Of a stretch of 64,000 bases of DNA, positions 59,692 through 64,000 are shown one piece after another. A program made the translations under genes and the position numbers. Under the pieces are notes generated by a model. That model did no database searches, was not told the DNA's origin, and worked only from the letters and a program-made list of their open reading frames with translations. Source of the stretch: Pseudobdellovibrio sp. (lineage in GTDB: Bacteria; Bdellovibrionota; Bdellovibrionia; Bdellovibrionales; Bdellovibrionaceae); NCBI GenBank assembly GCA_020696855.1, contig JAJFMT010000011.1:15380-79379 (forward strand). The letters are read 5' to 3'. Each line of letters opens with the position of its first letter. The first letter of the stretch is position 1.

Positions 59692-60464
59692 AGCCATCTA
59701 TGACCGTCATGTTACAGGCAAGACTGGGATCGACGCGTTTACCGGGTAAGGTGCTGCTTGATTTTAACGGCGTTCCCATGATTGAGCACATTTACAGCCA
59801 GGTTAAAAAAATAAAATCCGTTGATCTGAATTTTGTGCTGTCAACTTCCCCCGATGCTAAAGACGACAGACTGGCTGAATGGGCTGCTTCAAAAAATATT
59901 CAAGTGGTTCGTCATAATGTAGATGATATTGTCGGGCGCCTTTATCATTCGCTGCAAAAAAACAATGATGCCGGCCTGATCAGAGTGTGGGGCGACTGCG
60001 TTTTTATCTGCCCTGACATCATTGAAAAAATGCTTCAGAAATTCAACGATGAAAATCTTGATTTTATTACCAATGCCGGAGACAAAAGAAACCTTCCGGT
60101 GGGCCTTGATGCCGAAATTTACCGTCGCCCATTGCTTGAAAAGATGAACACTGTCGGCGATGTCTTTTTAAGAGAATTCCCTCTGCAATATGTAATACGT
60201 GAGCCAGGCGTGAAGTACGCCTATTTTATAAATCAGCAACCGATGGATGTTATCCATTTGACAGTAGACTATCCGGAAGATTTCGAAGCTGCGAAAGCGA
60301 TTTCGCGCGAAATTAAAGATCAGTTCGGCGAAATCAACTTTCCTAGCCTTTTTGAATATTATTCGACGAATAGATCTAAGTTTGACAGTTTTTCTAAAGC
60401 GGCGCGATTCGCAGATTTTAAAGCACAGCTAAAAGAATGGACTGAAACGAAAGAAAAAAAGTAA
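59688..60464 (+). CDS. SpsF-type cytidylyltransferase, copy 2
   Basis: QARLGSTRLPGKVL, RVWGDC, LPVGLDAE, LTVDYPED. Confidence 0.85.
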   Translation: MKPSMTVMLQARLGSTRLPGKVLLDFNGVPMIEHIYSQVKKIKSVDLNFVLSTSPDAKDDRLAEWAASKNIQVVRHNVDDIVGRLYHSLQKNNDAGLIRVWGDCVFICPDIIEKMLQKFNDENLDFITNAGDKRNLPVGLDAEIYRRPLLEKMNTVGDVFLREFPLQYVIREPGVKYAYFINQQPMDVIHLTVDYPEDFEAAKAISREIKDQFGEINFPSLFEYYSTNRSKFDSFSKAARFADFKAQLKEWTETKEKK

Positions 60465-60466
60465 GT

Positions 60467-61915
60467 CTAATCTGGCTGCCCGGGATGCAACAGCGTTTTA
60501 ATATTCCGAAGCAGAATGAATCTGACCAGAATAGCAGCCAGAATCAAAATAGCCATCAGCTTAATCGCAAAAGATATCCAGATTGATTCCAGTCGTACAT
60601 TCATAAGTAATACGTAAAAGACACCTGCCACCACCCAGGATGAAAGAAGTTTGGCAATATGAAGCTCTCGCGGAAAATATTTGATCGCAAGGATGATATT
60701 CACAATACTTCGGGCCAAGCTACCGAGCAGAACACTCCACAGGACGGCCCAAACGCCGTACTCCGGTAAAAAATTAAGATAAACGGTAAGGCTCACAATA
60801 ATGCCAGCAAGCGGAACAAGGGTGACCCATTTAGTGGTACCGGCCAAATCCATTCCGCGTCCTGTGATTTGCCCCACAGCAATAATATAAAAAGAAACAG
60901 CGAAGGCCGGAATGTATTCGATCAGCTTGATATAAACGCCAGTCGGGTCAAGTGCCGCCACAACTTCATATCCCAAAGTGCAGCAGGCAACGACCGGAAC
61001 TGTCATGAGTACACTGTAGACCAGGCTGAAATTTGAAAGCACTGCGGCCGCATTTTTTTTGATGGCGTTTATTTTATAAATATAAGGAATAAAAATTAGT
61101 TTTGTGATGGAATTGATAACATTCACAAGGCTCGCAAACTGCCGGGCCAGGTTGTAAAACCCGATGGTGGCTAAAGGCAAAAATTTATCCAAAAAGTAAC
61201 GGTCAAGTACCGTAGAAAACCCTTCAAAAATTCCCGCTAAACTTAGTGGGGCAGCAAATTTCAAAGGAATTTTCATGTATTTTTTGGAAGGAAACAGTTC
61301 GGCGTCTCTGAAGGTCATCAGCAGTGAAGGTATGAACCATATAGCATTCGCAATCCAAAAGCCGCGAACGTAACCGTAAACACCAAGTTTTTCATGCATC
61401 ACAAGATAAAGTACAATTGCAATTTGAGTCAGAAAGCTACCGTTCATCAGAATGTTATAAGTCAGCACTTTTTGCTTTATTCGGGAGATAGCGACCGGAA
61501 AGCTTAAAAAATTTACGAAGAAAGCTGACCACAGAGTGTACCGCAGTAGCGGGTCAAAAGAGACCGACGTAATGACATACCTTGAATACCGGACGCCCAG
61601 GGTATCCAAGATAACCGTTAAAACAAGAGTGAATGAAAAGATGAACCAGAAAAACCATCCCAGATAATGCGGTCGTTCTTCTTCTGTCCATTGATAATAA
61701 TAACGTTGAATCGTATCAGACGCGCCGAACAGATAAATTGGAGTCAGAAAAAGCGTGATGATCTGAGTAATAGCAATGACACCGAAATCTTCCGGAGTTA
61801 GAACTTTCCAGAAAAAGGGAATGAGAATTAAATTGATTCCTTGATTTAAGAAAACTCCAAAGCCGTAACCACCGAGAAGTGTACCGTATTTTCGGAGTTT
61901 TTCTTTTCTGGTCAT
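60467..61915 (-). CDS. wzx: Wzx-type oligosaccharide flippase
   Basis: Many TM helices; LTPEDFG, DRYFL, IGFYNLA motifs of MOP-family flippases. Confidence 0.85.
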   Translation of the reverse strand: MTRKEKLRKYGTLLGGYGFGVFLNQGINLILIPFFWKVLTPEDFGVIAITQIITLFLTPIYLFGASDTIQRYYYQWTEEERPHYLGWFFWFIFSFTLVLTVILDTLGVRYSRYVITSVSFDPLLRYTLWSAFFVNFLSFPVAISRIKQKVLTYNILMNGSFLTQIAIVLYLVMHEKLGVYGYVRGFWIANAIWFIPSLLMTFRDAELFPSKKYMKIPLKFAAPLSLAGIFEGFSTVLDRYFLDKFLPLATIGFYNLARQFASLVNVINSITKLIFIPYIYKINAIKKNAAAVLSNFSLVYSVLMTVPVVACCTLGYEVVAALDPTGVYIKLIEYIPAFAVSFYIIAVGQITGRGMDLAGTTKWVTLVPLAGIIVSLTVYLNFLPEYGVWAVLWSVLLGSLARSIVNIILAIKYFPRELHIAKLLSSWVVAGVFYVLLMNVRLESIWISFAIKLMAILILAAILVRFILLRNIKTLLHPGQPD

Positions 61916-63345
61916 AGTTTCTTCAGGTAAGAGTCCATAGAATCGTAGTACCGCTGAAGATTTCCCTCTTCATGGTGATAGAGTTCAAATGGGTATGACT
62001 GGCTCATGACATAACTAAAGTACTTCAAAATATTTTCTGAATCCGGTGCATCGACAGTTCCGTCACGTAATTTGATCAGCCACTGCTGCAGGCTCTGAAA
62101 CCCGTCGATCTTAGTTACAACGCCCGAGTTCCAGTAAAAACCGTTACCTAAACACACCACTTTTTTGTTGTATAAAAGTGATTCCGCTCCGACTTTTGAA
62201 TTAACAGTAACGATAGCAGAAGCTTTTTTTACGATATCATGAGTGTTGATCATCGGGTGAAGAACGATCAAGTTACTATTATCAGTCACCAGCTTTTTAA
62301 ATTCAGTGTAATCAAAGCCACCGATTGTAACCGGATGTTCTTTAACGACGACTTTAAAATCGCGCGGGCATGTCTCGCACAGGTGCCGAACCAGGGCCAG
62401 CTGATTTAAGAACTCAGGGTTTCGGATCGTAAGCTGATAATCCAGTTGAACGTGAAAAGGAAAGTACACAAACGGGACATCGGGAATTTGTTGCTGGTAA
62501 CGGCCGCCGAAGCGCATACGGTTAAAATACTGACGGATATTGCGCTTGACGTGATTACCGATCCATTCATACTCCTGGCGGTATCGGTGAATGTATTTGT
62601 ACGCCAGTTTGTTATAGAGCTTCTGAATATTTGAAACCTGAAACAGTTTCATCAGGCCCATATCTTTATAGTGCTGAATATCTTTAGAAACGATGACAAG
62701 CTTCTGTGATTTGGTAATTCCGTCAAAATAGTCTTTAACTTTTTGCCGGTACTGAGAAACCTGTGCATCGTCAACCTGGCTTACGGAAAGGAAATCGTTG
62801 TTCAGGCTGTTTTCGACAAAATGCATATGTGAGCGAAAAAAAGACGGCTCAAAAAACACATGATTTATTTTTTCGCGTTTACAGTTGTAATAAAGAGAGA
62901 GTGGGGCAATGAACCCGCCCAGCTCCTGAAAGACCTGAATTTCGTCAGGGCGGTACTTCTTTAATTGCTCGGCAAGGATATTCCGGCAGGCATTGAGATA
63001 GCGCCAGTATTTGTCAATGATCAGCTGAGTGTCTTTAATATTGAACGTTACTTTTTCGTGAAGTGTACGTGCCTGAACATTGTCGATCTGGAAAAAAGTT
63101 TCGATATCTTCTTTTTTAACTGTGAACGAACCGGTGCTTTCGGTGTAGTCGTAGATATCCCAAACTTTATAGCCGGCATCTTTTAATGTTTTGTTTCCCG
63201 GTTGAAAGAAAGAAATAAACTGAATGTCGTAGGCGGCATTTTGTTTTTTTAAATGATTGCAATACGCAAGGTAAAAATGAACTTCACGCTCAGCTATGGG
63301 AGCAAATAGTAACAACTTCTTCATGAGATAAAAATTTTCGTGCAT
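61912..63345 (-). CDS. Capsule polysaccharide biosynthesis protein (KpsS-like GT-B)
   Basis: YFPFHVQLD, VKEHP, VTVNSKVGAESLL, LGNGFY; start may be 63324. Confidence 0.7.
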   Translation of the reverse strand: MHENFYLMKKLLLFAPIAEREVHFYLAYCNHLKKQNAAYDIQFISFFQPGNKTLKDAGYKVWDIYDYTESTGSFTVKKEDIETFFQIDNVQARTLHEKVTFNIKDTQLIIDKYWRYLNACRNILAEQLKKYRPDEIQVFQELGGFIAPLSLYYNCKREKINHVFFEPSFFRSHMHFVENSLNNDFLSVSQVDDAQVSQYRQKVKDYFDGITKSQKLVIVSKDIQHYKDMGLMKLFQVSNIQKLYNKLAYKYIHRYRQEYEWIGNHVKRNIRQYFNRMRFGGRYQQQIPDVPFVYFPFHVQLDYQLTIRNPEFLNQLALVRHLCETCPRDFKVVVKEHPVTIGGFDYTEFKKLVTDNSNLIVLHPMINTHDIVKKASAIVTVNSKVGAESLLYNKKVVCLGNGFYWNSGVVTKIDGFQSLQQWLIKLRDGTVDAPDSENILKYFSYVMSQSYPFELYHHEEGNLQRYYDSMDSYLKKL

Positions 63346-63409
63346 TTACTGCGATTTTGCATCTGATTTCGCTAAATTAGTGCGGTGCCGCTAAAAACAC
63401 TGAGTCTGG

Positions 63410-64000
63410 CTAAATCTGCTGCTTCAGCCATTCAGCCATCAGTTCAACACCCTTTTTCAGAGGGACTTCCGGCTTCCATGGTGAAAGATGTTTTTTCGCC
63501 AAAGTTAAATCCGGGCGGCGTTTTTTTGGATCGTCGCTTGGTAAATCCTGAAAAGTCAGTTTTGAATTTGAAGAAACGCACTTTAGTACCACTTCTGCAA
63601 GTTCCAGCATGGTGAATTCGGTGTCGTTTCCTAAATTAACCGGAAAGGTAAGGTTTGAATCCGCGTACTTTGAAATGCCGTCAACCAAGTCATCAACATA
63701 ACAAAAGCTGCGTGTCTGTTTGCCGTCCCCATAGACGGTAAGATCTTTGCTTTGTAAAGCCTGAAGAATAAAGTTAATGACCACTCGGCCGTCATTCGGG
63801 TTCATTCGCGGGCCATAAGTGTTAAATATTCTGACGAGCCCGTGTTTTGTACCGTGCTTTTTGTTATGAGAGAAGATCAGTGCTTCGCCGAACCGTTTGG
63901 CTTCGTCGTAGCAGCTTCGCTCGCCGAACGAGTTCACATTTCCCCAGTAGGATTCCGGCTGTGGCGAAAACTCGGGGTCTCCGTAAACCTCGCTGGTAGA
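63410..64000 (-). CDS. UDP-glucuronate decarboxylase (UDP-xylose synthase) family, 3' part
   Basis: Frame open to window end: [53 protein letters not shown]. Confidence 0.92.
   Translation of the reverse strand, partial: STSEVYGDPEFSPQPESYWGNVNSFGERSCYDEAKRFGEALIFSHNKKHGTKHGLVRIFNTYGPRMNPNDGRVVINFILQALQSKDLTVYGDGKQTRSFCYVDDLVDGISKYADSNLTFPVNLGNDTEFTMLELAEVVLKCVSSNSKLTFQDLPSDDPKKRRPDLTLAKKHLSPWKPEVPLKKGVELMAEWLKQQI

Noticed and set aside
617-63615. Numerous 60-130 aa ORFs overlapping annotated genes on the opposite strand or alternate frames
   Set aside because: Shadow ORFs with no motifs or RBS, lying inside well-supported genes
1-64000. Prophage, IS, integron, CRISPR-Cas or defence system
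   Set aside because: No integrase, transposase, cas, phage or recognisable defence genes and no repeat arrays seen

Overview
Core-genome-like bacterial window with no mobile element, CRISPR array, rRNA or tRNA visible. Gene content and order suggest a Bdellovibrionota predator (inference). In order it holds: a type II secretion operon (gspC-K plus a PilM-like gspL, minus strand); a few accessory or secreted genes; pduO and an N-formylglutamate amidohydrolase; system II cytochrome c maturation genes (resB/ccsA) directly upstream of a six-gene alternative complex III (actA-F); the thrS-infC-rpmI-rplT...pheS-pheT-ihfA-merR cluster, interrupted by small secreted proteins and by a mevalonate pathway lacking HMG-CoA synthase; metF-metH; and a nonulosonic-acid/surface-polysaccharide locus. 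The most notable unannotated signal is an apparently leaderless 28-codon Thr-rich uORF (7 Thr) in front of an SD-less thrS. Its stop overlaps a 4-codon second uORF and it spans two hairpins, making it a candidate threonine/ThrRS-sensing attenuator without an intrinsic terminator. Other candidates: a recurring -10/6 nt/start leaderless architecture, a miniature catalytically dead FabD-like protein, a lipoprotein with an Antigen I/II-like PxxP plus Tyr-heptad module, a structured rpmI leader, and a nonulosonate pathway with one synthase but two CMP-synthetases and extra redox/amination enzymes. All calls are from motif recognition by eye; no database searches were run.
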